DNA of 64,000 nucleotides from Candidatus Bathyarchaeia archaeon (GTDB taxonomy: Archaea; Thermoproteota; Bathyarchaeia; 40CM-2-53-6): NCBI GenBank assembly GCA_049517415.1, contig JBEKSC010000011.1, positions 15,151-79,150 on the forward strand, written 5' to 3'. Below the pieces are notes generated by a model. It was not told where the DNA came from and made no database searches. It saw nothing but the letters and a program-made list of their open reading frames with translations. Made by a program: the position numbers and the translations under genes. Positions 8,863 through 18,685 of this stretch are shown here, one piece after another. How positions within the stretch are numbered: position 1 is the stretch's first letter; every line of letters starts with the position of its first letter.

Positions 8863-11262
8863 TCATGTTCTCATGCGTGTGCGGACGGTTCTATGATACC
8901 GAGCATACGATTCTCTTGGGCGTCTCCGGAGCGGGTGCCATGTCTTCCATACAACCGTTAGATTACGCCCGAAGGCTTTCTCAAGTGGTTCCTTTGTCTT
9001 CATGAGCGCCAGGTCTGCTGCGCGGGCGTCCCCTTTAGCTTCGCACTCTAGATCCATTCGTTTGGGCAGTACTCTTATGGCAATCTTCCTCACGATGCAT
9101 TCAGTAGAATAGTTAAGCGCCTCCGCGACTCGTAGTATCGACGAGAGGACTGCGACTTTCTGCCTTTCAGCCCCACTAAGTAGTGCCAAGTTGAAATGAT
9201 TCGCATCTGGAATTGCCTTCCGGTGGTATCTGACGATGCTTCCGATTATGTACCTCTCTCTGAACGTGAACGGGAGTTCGAGATCGTTCAATATCAGCCT
9301 AAGCGATAATTTGTGGTAACCCCTGTTGCTTCTTGAGAGTCCAATGTCGTGAAGGATCGCCGCGCATTCCAACCAGTAGCGTTCCTTTCTGCCAAGAGTG
9401 TGCAGTCGTCTCGTCTTGTCGAAAATCATTAGCGCTAGCTTTCTGCTCTGTTTTGCATGCGAATCGTCCGAAATGAATCGCCTTGCTATTCTCCTGACTT
9501 TGCCTATGGTCGAGCGGCTCCTCCACAGCTGCTTTTTTTCAAGCGCAACATCCAGCTCCTTGGCAGCATCGAGGGATACGCCTCGCAGTAGAACTTGAGC
9601 GAGGCTTTCGGGTAGCCCCATTTTTCTTATCCCGTTAGCCACAGCTTCAACGTCATAGTTCACTCTTCGGAATTCTACGGAAAACGGATTGAATCTGAGT
9701 ACAGCGTACTCCGCTCTGTAGCCACCGTCAGCGGGTCTACCGACGCTTCCTGGATTCACGAACGTGACTCCACCCACGTTCCTGTTCATTTGTATGTGGG
9801 AGTGCCCGGTGATAATTGCCTCAGCATTGGCTTTTGACGCGATCTCTTTGAGACGTTTGCTCGGTGTGTTTGGATATATGTGTTCGTCGACTGAATCGGG
9901 AGTCCCATGAGTGAGCAGTATCTTCCTGCCACATATTTCGAGTCTCAGTTCCTTCGGGAGAGAGTGGAGGTAGGCTAGGTCGGACGGTGCCAGTTCCCTG
10001 AACGTGAACTGCATTATGCTGTTCTTCTCCAAGCTGAGATTATGTAACCCCTTCTCGAGGATTTCCAGATCGACGTTCCCAATCACGTTCAGAAACCTTG
10101 CAGAGCGGATAGCTTGGATCACTTGCTTTGGGTTGGGGCCGAAACCTACGGCGTCTCCCGCGTTGAGAAAAACATCGATTCCCGATCTCCTAGCATCCGC
10201 TACAACTGCCTTCAATGCGTCAAGATTACCATGAATATCTGAGATAACAGCTACGGTCGGGTTATCACGGTTCAAGATTTCGCGGACGACATCGCTACTC
10301 GGTCCCGTTTCAGTTACCTGCCGTATGTTGTCGAAAAGCCCTTTCGCGACGGCATTGTCCCATAGTGAAACGAAATCCTTGTAGCGGGACTTCCTCATTT
10401 CTGCTGCGTGGTTTAGTACCTTACTCGTGCCGTATCTGGCATCGTCTGGAATGCCTTGCAGAGAGGCGGCAAACTCTTGAACCCATACAACATAGTCGTG
10501 GATCTCGCCTAGTACGTCTTGGAGCTGTTTCATTAGCGAGATTTGTTCTTTCAATTCTTCCTTGTAGATGGAAGAGAAGATTTCCATCGTGTATCTTAGC
10601 CGTTTTGCGGCTATTCTCAGTTCGTGATGCTTTACGGCTGCACTTTCATCATGGACGAACTGTTCAAGAGCTAGGACCTCGTCGAGTCTGCTCGATATGT
10701 GATCGCGAGCTTTCTCGTAGGTTGACGGTGTCTTGATGGCGGATTCGCTACGGTTTCGTTCGTGTGGCAGATTCCTCAGGATCGTCATGCTACTGGTGGA
10801 AATATCCGTCAGAATGTTGGAGCCATCTAGCGCGTCAAGGACGCTGACTACGTCGGACTGCATTCCAACCCTGCGTGCCTTTTGTAGCGTTATGAGGTAT
10901 GTCAGTCCTGGTAAGGCGTTCCTATCTTCGACGCTTCCTGAGTAGTTCTCCAAAAAGGTTAGTTGAACGTCTGCGTCTCTCGCTGCTCCCGAAGATCTGG
11001 TTACGTTTCTGATCCCCTTCATCCATTTCCTTGATGCTTTCTTTGGGAAGCATTCTTCGAAGAGACTGAGGGCCGCTCTCATCCTTCTTGAGGTGACCCT
11101 TAGTTTGTGCATGAATTCGATGTCATAGTTCTTCCTTACACCTTCCATCTGATTCTCAAGCGTCGCAATTTGACGTAATAGCGTGTCGGCGCCGAGCAGA
11201 CAATAACCGTGGTCTTCATAGATTTCCGGAAGGTTGGGCTTTGACGCTTTCATGCCATGCAC
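8863..11262 (-). CDS. Fusion: CHAD + YfcE-like metallophosphoesterase + Ppx-type HD domain
   Basis: HKLRVTSRRMR and HELRIAAKRLRY (CHAD); SDIHGN, GDAVG, GNVD, THG, GHSH, NPGSVG (MPP); LHDIG (HD). Confidence 0.88.
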   Translation of the reverse strand: MHGMKASKPNLPEIYEDHGYCLLGADTLLRQIATLENQMEGVRKNYDIEFMHKLRVTSRRMRAALSLFEECFPKKASRKWMKGIRNVTRSSGAARDADVQLTFLENYSGSVEDRNALPGLTYLITLQKARRVGMQSDVVSVLDALDGSNILTDISTSSMTILRNLPHERNRSESAIKTPSTYEKARDHISSRLDEVLALEQFVHDESAAVKHHELRIAAKRLRYTMEIFSSIYKEELKEQISLMKQLQDVLGEIHDYVVWVQEFAASLQGIPDDARYGTSKVLNHAAEMRKSRYKDFVSLWDNAVAKGLFDNIRQVTETGPSSDVVREILNRDNPTVAVISDIHGNLDALKAVVADARRSGIDVFLNAGDAVGFGPNPKQVIQAIRSARFLNVIGNVDLEILEKGLHNLSLEKNSIMQFTFRELAPSDLAYLHSLPKELRLEICGRKILLTHGTPDSVDEHIYPNTPSKRLKEIASKANAEAIITGHSHIQMNRNVGGVTFVNPGSVGRPADGGYRAEYAVLRFNPFSVEFRRVNYDVEAVANGIRKMGLPESLAQVLLRGVSLDAAKELDVALEKKQLWRSRSTIGKVRRIARRFISDDSHAKQSRKLALMIFDKTRRLHTLGRKERYWLECAAILHDIGLSRSNRGYHKLSLRLILNDLELPFTFRERYIIGSIVRYHRKAIPDANHFNLALLSGAERQKVAVLSSILRVAEALNYSTECIVRKIAIRVLPKRMDLECEAKGDARAADLALMKTKEPLEKAFGRNLTVVWKTWHPLRRRPRESYARYHRTVRTRMRT

Positions 11263-13399
11263 CTCTGTTGTCGATCAACCAGCGCTGGGAGTCTATGATT
11301 TCCTCTCCGAGTAGCGGTCTAACTTTCTCGTATGTTCCGTCTGGAAGAAGACGCCTGGCCTTCACATTATCCCTCAGATGAATGTCGAGTATTTTCAGCA
11401 TTGCGGATATGATTGCGCGATCGGGAACGGAAAAGAGCAACTCGACTCTCCTCTCAAGGTTTCTCGGCATCATATCGCTGCTTCCCAGCAGAACCTCCTC
11501 ATCACCGCCGTTTCTGAAGTAGTATATTCTCGCGTGTTCAAGGAACCTGCCCACAATGGAGATGACGCGAATGTTTTCGCTCACACCAGAAATGCCAGGC
11601 CTCAGACAACAAAGTCCTCTTACGTTAAGGTCAACCTTAACGCCCGCTTGTGACGCTCTGTAGAGTGCCTGGATGATACTTTTGTCCACAAGTCCGTTCA
11701 TCTTAAGCGCCAAGTAACCGTGACCATTCTCTTTGTGGTTTGTTGTCTCCCTCTCGATGCGGCTGAGTATCTCGTTCTTGAGAGATGTCGGAGCGACCAG
11801 CAGATACTTGTATTGGCCGGCCTTTCGAGGGTCAGTTATCAGCTTATGAAACAGATCTAAGACTTCTGCGCATATCTCAGGCTTGGCTGTGAGGTAGCCT
11901 ATATCTCCGTAAATTCTTGTGGTCACGTTGTTGTAGTTTCCCGAGCCAAGATGCGCATACTGAACGAACTTACCGTCCTCTCTTCGAACTATTAACGCCA
12001 ATTTGGCGTGAACCTTGATCTTGGGAAAGTTATAGACGACTTTCACTCCTGCTTGAGTCATCATCCTAGCCCATTTGATGTTGTTAGCTTCATCGAATTT
12101 CGCCTTCAACTCGATCAAGGCTGTCACAGATTTTCCGTTCGCTGCCGCTTTCATCAGGGAGAATATGATGGGGGAATCCGGATCGATACGGTAGAGGGTG
12201 ATGTAGATTTCAGTGACGTTGGGATCCGTAGCTGCCTCTGCTAGTAGGGTTACTATCATCTCGAAACTGTCATATGGGTGGTAGAGCGCGAAATCTTTCG
12301 CGGCTATAGCTGCGAAAGCAGATTTGCCCGATTCCAATTCGGGCAGAACGTAACCTTTGAAAGGTGCATCCTTGAGGTTCGGCTTGTCCAGTTTGAGGAG
12401 CCGCCAGAAATCAACCAGCCCAAAGGGGCCTTCAACCTCATATTGCACGTCCTCAAGGCGTGGAACGCGGAATGAACCAACGCTACTCACTAGGTATTCA
12501 CGTAAGTGTCGAGGCATAGAAGCCTCAAACTCTAACCTCGCCGGCTTACCGTAGCGCCTCTGTCTAACGCTCAGTTCCATAGTTGTAAGAAAGTCGGCAT
12601 TCTCGTCGGCCTTGGTATCAATCTCCGCATTTCGCGTCACTCTGAACTTATAACATTCGCGGACTCGAACCGATGGAAATAACAGATCCAGGTTCGCGGC
12701 GACTAAATCCTCCAACAATACGAAATTGTTCTGTGTGGCATCACGAGCGTCATCGGAGTCAGGAACTCGGATGAAACGCCCAAAAGTATCAGTAGGCACC
12801 TCAACCATGAGCTTAGTTGAAGCTTCTTTCATTCTCGGATCCTCTCCGACTACTAGCAAGTTGACATGTAGGTTGGAGATGTAACTCGCCACGTAATCTG
12901 CATCTGGCTTTTTCATGACCGGAAGTATTTCGTTCTGGAAATAGTCACGAAGCATTCGTTTCTTCTGCTTTGTCAGGTTGTTGGTTTTCTGTATTCGTAT
13001 GTTTTCCTTGGCTAAGGCAGGAGAAAGCTCCTCCTCCCAACATTTTCTCTGCTTGGCGAGAAGCGGAAGAATCTCGCTTCTCGTAACCTGCATCTGCTCT
13101 AGCGGAGTCATGCGAGAGCCGGGAGTTGGCTCAAAGTCGCCTCTTTCAATTTGCTGCTCAAGGATGGACGCGCGGGTCATGAAGAATTCATCGAGATTAC
13201 TCCCACTAATGGCGAGGAATTTCACGCGTTCAAGAATCGGGTGATGAGTATCCTGTGCTTCTTCGAGAACCCGGTAGTTGAAGCGTATCCAGCTAACCTC
13301 TCGATTGATGAAGAGCGCAGGATCATCCAGCGACTTACCTGCAGTACTTTGGTCGGCTATTTGAGTCGATGGGACTTGATTCAATAATCTCTCTGTCAT
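11216..13399 (-). CDS. ppk1: Polyphosphate kinase 1
   Basis: NREVSW, NLDEFFM, HPYDSF, KVHAK phospho-His, GNYN, RFLEHAR, RNLERRVE. Confidence 0.96.
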   Translation of the reverse strand: MTERLLNQVPSTQIADQSTAGKSLDDPALFINREVSWIRFNYRVLEEAQDTHHPILERVKFLAISGSNLDEFFMTRASILEQQIERGDFEPTPGSRMTPLEQMQVTRSEILPLLAKQRKCWEEELSPALAKENIRIQKTNNLTKQKKRMLRDYFQNEILPVMKKPDADYVASYISNLHVNLLVVGEDPRMKEASTKLMVEVPTDTFGRFIRVPDSDDARDATQNNFVLLEDLVAANLDLLFPSVRVRECYKFRVTRNAEIDTKADENADFLTTMELSVRQRRYGKPARLEFEASMPRHLREYLVSSVGSFRVPRLEDVQYEVEGPFGLVDFWRLLKLDKPNLKDAPFKGYVLPELESGKSAFAAIAAKDFALYHPYDSFEMIVTLLAEAATDPNVTEIYITLYRIDPDSPIIFSLMKAAANGKSVTALIELKAKFDEANNIKWARMMTQAGVKVVYNFPKIKVHAKLALIVRREDGKFVQYAHLGSGNYNNVTTRIYGDIGYLTAKPEICAEVLDLFHKLITDPRKAGQYKYLLVAPTSLKNEILSRIERETTNHKENGHGYLALKMNGLVDKSIIQALYRASQAGVKVDLNVRGLCCLRPGISGVSENIRVISIVGRFLEHARIYYFRNGGDEEVLLGSSDMMPRNLERRVELLFSVPDRAIISAMLKILDIHLRDNVKARRLLPDGTYEKVRPLLGEEIIDSQRWLIDNRGAWHESVKAQPSGNL

Positions 13400-13992
13400 G
13401 TTCCTGTCTTCTTTCCTGAATAGTAATCGATCAGGTCGAATGTTGTCCAGGATCTACATTCTTCTGGCTGGAATCCAAGAAGTTTGGCGTGCAGATGTAT
13501 CACCTCGATATCCTTCCCCTCAATCTCCAACAATTCTGGTATATGCGAATACTCCCCAGCGTACTTGTCTATGTCAACTTCAACTCCGCTTTTCAGTGTA
13601 TAGCTGGTTCGGTGTTTCTCCATTCGCCAAGTTGAGACGAGGCCAATAGATTCGAGTATCAGGCACATTGTCTCAAAATCCGAGATTGAGACTTCGTACT
13701 CATTTCTAATCTTTGCCGAATGGCTCTCCACGAACTTCTTGAATGTCAAAACAGTCTCGTCGCCAATTTTCCTGAGGCGCAAGAGGTTTCTTGCCCGCGT
13801 AATTGTATCATCTTGAAAGTCGAAAAACCATGTCTCTACGTCACCATCGAAAGTCTTCGCAGCGCCTAGAGTTGCCAAGCTATCCTCAACTTTTTTTCTG
13901 TCAATTTCGATGATCTTGATCTCTATCTCTTTCATGATATTGGAATTGATTTCGCATGGGTTAATCAGTTTCGGTGCTGACGCATAGCGCAA
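13396..13992 (-). CDS. CYTH domain protein (class IV adenylate cyclase / triphosphate tunnel metalloenzyme); likely start at MKEIEIK
   Basis: EIEIK ExExK motif, LRLR, LTFK, EKHR, LEIE; 4-nt overlap with ppk1. Confidence 0.88.
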   Translation of the reverse strand: MRYASAPKLINPCEINSNIMKEIEIKIIEIDRKKVEDSLATLGAAKTFDGDVETWFFDFQDDTITRARNLLRLRKIGDETVLTFKKFVESHSAKIRNEYEVSISDFETMCLILESIGLVSTWRMEKHRTSYTLKSGVEVDIDKYAGEYSHIPELLEIEGKDIEVIHLHAKLLGFQPEECRSWTTFDLIDYYSGKKTGT

Positions 13993-14210
13993 GAGGAGAG
14001 ACGAGAGAGTGTGAGCATCCTAGCATCATTCGAGGTCATAAACAACCTAGAAGAAGGAGAGTTTGGGGTAGGAATTGGTTGAGATAATCGATCTGGGATA
14101 GTGAAACTGCAGTTCTCACATTGGCTCGTTAGTGGGACACGTTTGTCGGGATTGGGGAGCGAAAAGGGAAACAGTTAATCTTCTTGCACGGGCTCTCTTC
14201 GGTCATTTAG

Positions 14211-15020
14211 TTACTTGAGAACATACCGAGAGACGTTGAAAGAAGGTTTCGGAAATTTCATGTTTAAATCATCTAGTGTCTTGACAATGATGTGTGATAC
14301 TGCAAGGTTTCTGAACCATTTCTTGTTTGAGGGGATGATATACCATGGCGCCCATGGAGTGCTGCAGTATCGGAGCACGTCTTCGTAAGCGTCCATGTAG
14401 TCGTTCCAGTACCTTCTCTCCTGGAAATCATGTTGCGAGAGTTCCCACCATTTGGTGCGGTCTTCCAATCTTTGCTGGAAGCGCTTCTTCTGTTCTTCCC
14501 TACTGATATGCAAGTAGAACTTCAGTATCTTAACCTTGTTTTCGGCAAGGATCCTTTCGAAATTGTTGATCTCTCTGTAGCGTCTTGACCAGATGGATTC
14601 TGGCACGAGCTTGTGAACTCTTACTACTAGGACGTCTTCGTAGTGGGAACGGTTGAATATGCCTATCTCGCCTCGGTCGGGAATAGCGTTATGGATGCGC
14701 CATAGGAAGTCATGAGCTGCCTCTTCGACAGAAGGGGCCTTAAACGACGTAACGCGGCAACCTTGGGGATTTACTCCTGATATCACGTGGCGGATAGTTC
14801 CATCTTTTCCGGCTCCATCCATTCCTTGAAGGACAATGAGAAGTGAGTACGTCTTTGAAGCATAGAGCAGATATTGTAAGTCATCTAGCCGAGCAACAAG
14901 CTTCTGAAGCATCCTCTGCGACCCCTCATCGTTCTTCAATCCTAGAGTATCGTCTGGATCCAACTTGCTAAGCCTGTTTTTCTTCCCAGGGGCCACGAGT
15001 AGTCGGTTATGTATTTTCAT
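14211..15020 (-). CDS. ppk2: Polyphosphate kinase 2 family (class III-like)
   Basis: QGMDGAGKDG P-loop, VNPQG, FNRSHYEDV (Glu signature of class III), WAPWYIIP. Confidence 0.93.
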   Translation of the reverse strand: MKIHNRLLVAPGKKNRLSKLDPDDTLGLKNDEGSQRMLQKLVARLDDLQYLLYASKTYSLLIVLQGMDGAGKDGTIRHVISGVNPQGCRVTSFKAPSVEEAAHDFLWRIHNAIPDRGEIGIFNRSHYEDVLVVRVHKLVPESIWSRRYREINNFERILAENKVKILKFYLHISREEQKKRFQQRLEDRTKWWELSQHDFQERRYWNDYMDAYEDVLRYCSTPWAPWYIIPSNKKWFRNLAVSHIIVKTLDDLNMKFPKPSFNVSRYVLK

Positions 15021-15023
15021 CGC

Positions 15024-17540
15024 TCAGAATCCTTCATGCTTGTAAAAGAGCCGCTTAGTTAGCTCCGCGCCCAGAATGTATAATCCAACAATAATCGCAG
15101 TGAAGACGAGGAAAGTAAGCGAGACAGGAACAAATCCAAACAACATTCCTAGAGCCGTAAAGGGTAGAAGACCAGTTGCAACTACTACGCATAATGTCGC
15201 AAACATAAGGTATTTGCTAGGCTTACTTCTGAAGAACGATTGTTGAGTACGAATGACTAACACAATCAGAGTGGCAGAAGCCACTGATTCAATGAACCAA
15301 CCTGTTCTGAACTGATCCGCTGTTGCATGCAAGATGAAGAGAAGTACACCGAATGTTGCGTAGTCGAAGACCGAGCTAAGGAGACCGAAAATCATCATGA
15401 AGTCCCGGATGAATTTTATGTTCCAGCGTCTGGGTTTCTGCACCATGCCACTGTCAACGCTATCCGTGGGTATGGCCATTTCAGGGAAGTCAGTCATGAG
15501 ATTTGTAAGCAGAACTTGCGTGGGCAGCAAGGGTAGGAAGGATAAGAATAGTGAAGCTCCCGCCATGCTGAACATGTTTCCGAAATTGGCACTCGCAGCC
15601 ATGAACACGTACTTGAGAGTGTTAGCGAAAGTTTTTCGACCATCTTGCACACCTTGTACTAGAACACCCAAGTCTTTCTCAAGTAATACGATGTCAGCAG
15701 CTTCCTTAGCTACGTCTACTGCAGTGTTCACTGAGATTCCGACGTCTGCAGCATGGAGTGCTGAGGCGTCATTGATTCCGTCGCCGATGAAGCCTACAAT
15801 ATATCCTGCTTTCTTGAACGCTAAGATAATTCGCTCTTTATGGTTGGGATCGACTTCAGCGAACACGTCGGTAACTTTGACTCGTTCAAGGAGCGCTTCG
15901 TCACTCATAATATGGAGTTCAGGGCCTGTAAGAACACGTGAACTGGTTAGCCCTACTTGTGTGCTCAGATATGCCGCGACGAATCTGTTGTCTCCCGTTA
16001 TGATCTTTAACGCAATTCCAAGGTTCTGTAGGTCTTGTAGAACTGTCTTAATCATCGGCTTAGGCGGATCAAACAATAGTAAGAAACCCAAGAAAGTCAT
16101 CTGAGTTTCTTGATCTTTGCCAATGCGGTCAGTAGGAACGTTCTTGTATGCCACACCGAGCAGCCGGAAACCTTGGCCGCTCAAGTCTTCGAAGCGTTGC
16201 TGGACTTGCTCGCGAACATCGGCAATTTGAACGAGCCCCTTCGTGGTCTCTGCTTGGGTGCAGGCGTCGAGTATGTTTTGTACCGCGCCCTTTGTCGTCA
16301 TGATGTGCATGTTATCCTTCGACACCAGGATACTGAGTCTCTTCCGGACAAAATCGTATGGGATTTCGTCCACTTTCTTGTAAGAGGTGAAGTCAAACGT
16401 ACTCTTCGCTCGAATTGCTTCGTCTATGGGGTTTGCAAAGCCGCTCTCAAAATTTGCATTCAGACATGCATATAGGAGAACCTTTTCGCTGGTGTTGCCT
16501 TCGAAATCAATGGTAGAATGGATCTCTACTTTTCCTTCGGTTAGGGTTCCGGTCTTGTCCGAACAGAGAAGGTTCATGCTGCCAAAGTTTTCAATTGAGA
16601 CAAGTCGTTTCACGATAACTTTCTGCTTTGCCATTTCCTTCGCGCCGTGCGCAAGATTTACGGTTACTATAGCGGGTAGTAGTTGTGGTGTTAAACCGAC
16701 CGCGAGTGCCACTGCGAATAGAAAGGACGAAAGGATTGGCCGTCCCAAGTAGGCGTTGACAGCGAAGATCACGATTGCCATGACTAGAGTGATTTCCATG
16801 AGGAGGTAGCCGAATTGCCTGACACCGTGCTCGAACCCGGTCTCTGGGGGTTTAAGCGCAAGACTTTCAGAGATTTTCCCGAATTCGGTTTTCTTCCCGG
16901 TTGTTACGACAAGAGCTTTGCCAGTACCGCTGACAACATGAGTTCCCATGAACAAAGTGTTCGAGCGAGCGCTCAAGGGTGCGTCGGGCGCAAGGACCCC
17001 GACGGATTTTTCTGCGGGGTAAGTCTCACCCGTAAGCGTCGCTTCATCAACGAAAAGATCCCTAACTTCGATAATTGCGCAGTCGCCGGGAACCATGTTC
17101 CCTGCGTTCAGTATCGCAACATCCCCTGGTACGATTTGCTCTAGAGGAATTTGGCTTGGTTCTCCGTTCCGTAGTGCAGTCGTATTGATCTGTACGATTG
17201 ATAGTAACTTCTTCACGGCATCGCTTGCGCCGCGCTCCTGCGAGAACCCGAGTAGACCGCTGACGAATACAATGGCTAAGATAATTGCGGCACTTGTTGG
17301 ATCCTGCAGAAAGATGGAAAGTATAGCTGCAACGAGCAAGATGAGTACGAGAGGGCTTCTGAATTGATTAAGTAGAAGCGTGATGGCGTCAGTTTTCTTC
17401 TTCTCCTTTAATAGATTATATCCATATGATGAGAGTCGTAGTTGAGCTTCGTTATTGGTCAAGCCTTCTGGGGCCGTCTTAAGCTGATCAAATAGCTCTG
17501 AGCTGGGAATGCTCCAGAAAGGTTTCTCATCAGAGCTGAT
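15024..17540 (-). CDS. mgtA: Mg2+-translocating P-type ATPase (start extended 5' of ORF call)
   Basis: TGETYP, LTPQLLP, DKTGTLT, GDGIND, SANFGNMFS, TGWFIES; N-terminal cation-ATPase motif begins upstream of 17462. Confidence 0.9.
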   Translation of the reverse strand: MSSDEKPFWSIPSSELFDQLKTAPEGLTNNEAQLRLSSYGYNLLKEKKKTDAITLLLNQFRSPLVLILLVAAILSIFLQDPTSAAIILAIVFVSGLLGFSQERGASDAVKKLLSIVQINTTALRNGEPSQIPLEQIVPGDVAILNAGNMVPGDCAIIEVRDLFVDEATLTGETYPAEKSVGVLAPDAPLSARSNTLFMGTHVVSGTGKALVVTTGKKTEFGKISESLALKPPETGFEHGVRQFGYLLMEITLVMAIVIFAVNAYLGRPILSSFLFAVALAVGLTPQLLPAIVTVNLAHGAKEMAKQKVIVKRLVSIENFGSMNLLCSDKTGTLTEGKVEIHSTIDFEGNTSEKVLLYACLNANFESGFANPIDEAIRAKSTFDFTSYKKVDEIPYDFVRKRLSILVSKDNMHIMTTKGAVQNILDACTQAETTKGLVQIADVREQVQQRFEDLSGQGFRLLGVAYKNVPTDRIGKDQETQMTFLGFLLLFDPPKPMIKTVLQDLQNLGIALKIITGDNRFVAAYLSTQVGLTSSRVLTGPELHIMSDEALLERVKVTDVFAEVDPNHKERIILAFKKAGYIVGFIGDGINDASALHAADVGISVNTAVDVAKEAADIVLLEKDLGVLVQGVQDGRKTFANTLKYVFMAASANFGNMFSMAGASLFLSFLPLLPTQVLLTNLMTDFPEMAIPTDSVDSGMVQKPRRWNIKFIRDFMMIFGLLSSVFDYATFGVLLFILHATADQFRTGWFIESVASATLIVLVIRTQQSFFRSKPSKYLMFATLCVVVATGLLPFTALGMLFGFVPVSLTFLVFTAIIVGLYILGAELTKRLFYKHEGF

Positions 17541-17840
17541 TGTATCCCTCTCCCAAAATCTGTATCACAACACTACATCGCCCGGCTATAAGCACACAAC
17601 GTCGAAGCACTTGAAGGGACACTTGCATGCAACCTCTCATGAGATCATGAACAAAGAAGTCAAGACTGTTCCTGTTCTGATTTGCATCGATAAAGTGGCT
17701 CTTGCAAGCCGTGAACACGGTGCTTCTAACTTACCTACTTCTGCTAGGTCTAGACCAATGAACCCTAGATATTTGAGGAGAAATAAAATGTAGGATTTTC
17801 GGTCAACAAAGTTTCTAGGCTGTTCGCCTAGTGGCTTTGT

Positions 17841-17993
17841 CTAGTAGCTTCGGTGCTTCTGGTAGCAGTCTCTACAGTAGACTGGTCTGCCCGTCGTCGG
17901 CACAAACGGTACTTCTGTGTCTGCACCACAGTCGGAGCATTTGACTTTCGTCATTTGCCTCGGGGCACCAGATCGTCGATTCTCGTAACCCAT
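17841..17993 (-). CDS. CxxC-x17-CxxC zinc-ribbon microprotein (50 aa; not in ORF track)
   Basis: MGYENRRSGAPRQMTKVKCSDCGADTEVPFVPTTGRPVYCRDCYQKHRSY; GGTGA RBS upstream. Confidence 0.9.
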   Translation of the reverse strand: MGYENRRSGAPRQMTKVKCSDCGADTEVPFVPTTGRPVYCRDCYQKHRSY

Positions 17994-18264
17994 CTCGCTT
18001 TTCACCATCCCTATCCTCTAGTTATACGAAAGATAATACTCGCAGCGATAATCGGCATGGGCCTGGCGGCCCCCCCATCATCCGCGCAGGTAAGATCTCC
18101 AGCATACTGGCTGTGCAACCGGCATGAGTACTATAAAAAGCGTACCAATACTTACCGATGTGAGCTGCCCACCCATAGGAGACGATTCACGTCGAAAAGC
18201 ATCAGGTTCACCGCTAGATTCGAACGATAGGGACTCCTATAAGCGGCGCCTCCGTTAGTAGCCT

Positions 18265-18657
18265 ATGTCAAATCGAATTTTCCTGTGCAGTTGCCAGAAA
18301 TGCGGCACCAGATTTGATTTCACTGGAAACTACGAGAAGTTTAACGAATTCTTAGACTCAAAGAACTTCACTTGCCCGGGTGGTCACACCGAAAGCCGTT
18401 CCCCGCGAGCTTTTGTCAAGCTTGTAACGATGAGTGAGTCTAAGGTTATCCTAGAGTGGAAACCTACTGTGGGAAGAAACTACGTAGACGTTCTCGATTC
18501 TATGACGGCTCGTATCAAGGGCATGCAGATAGATCACCTCGGCTCAGGCCTATACATTGACCGGCGTACAATGAAGAAGTACGATTACGAAGAGGATGCT
18601 AAAGGAGTGCGGCACTACTTCGAAGTACTCCAGCAACACATTCGAAACTCAGCCTAA
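18265..18657 (+). CDS. Hypothetical protein with N-terminal zinc-binding motif
   Basis: CQKC...CPGGH; TATA-like box ~25 nt upstream. Confidence 0.65.
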   Translation: MSNRIFLCSCQKCGTRFDFTGNYEKFNEFLDSKNFTCPGGHTESRSPRAFVKLVTMSESKVILEWKPTVGRNYVDVLDSMTARIKGMQIDHLGSGLYIDRRTMKKYDYEEDAKGVRHYFEVLQQHIRNSA

Positions 18658-18685
18658 GACCTCCCCACCGTTAATGATGATTTGC

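Noticed and set aside
15397..16752. Long antisense ORFs over mgtA (likewise over ths, dnaK, hypF)
   Set aside because: Typical antisense shadows of conserved genes
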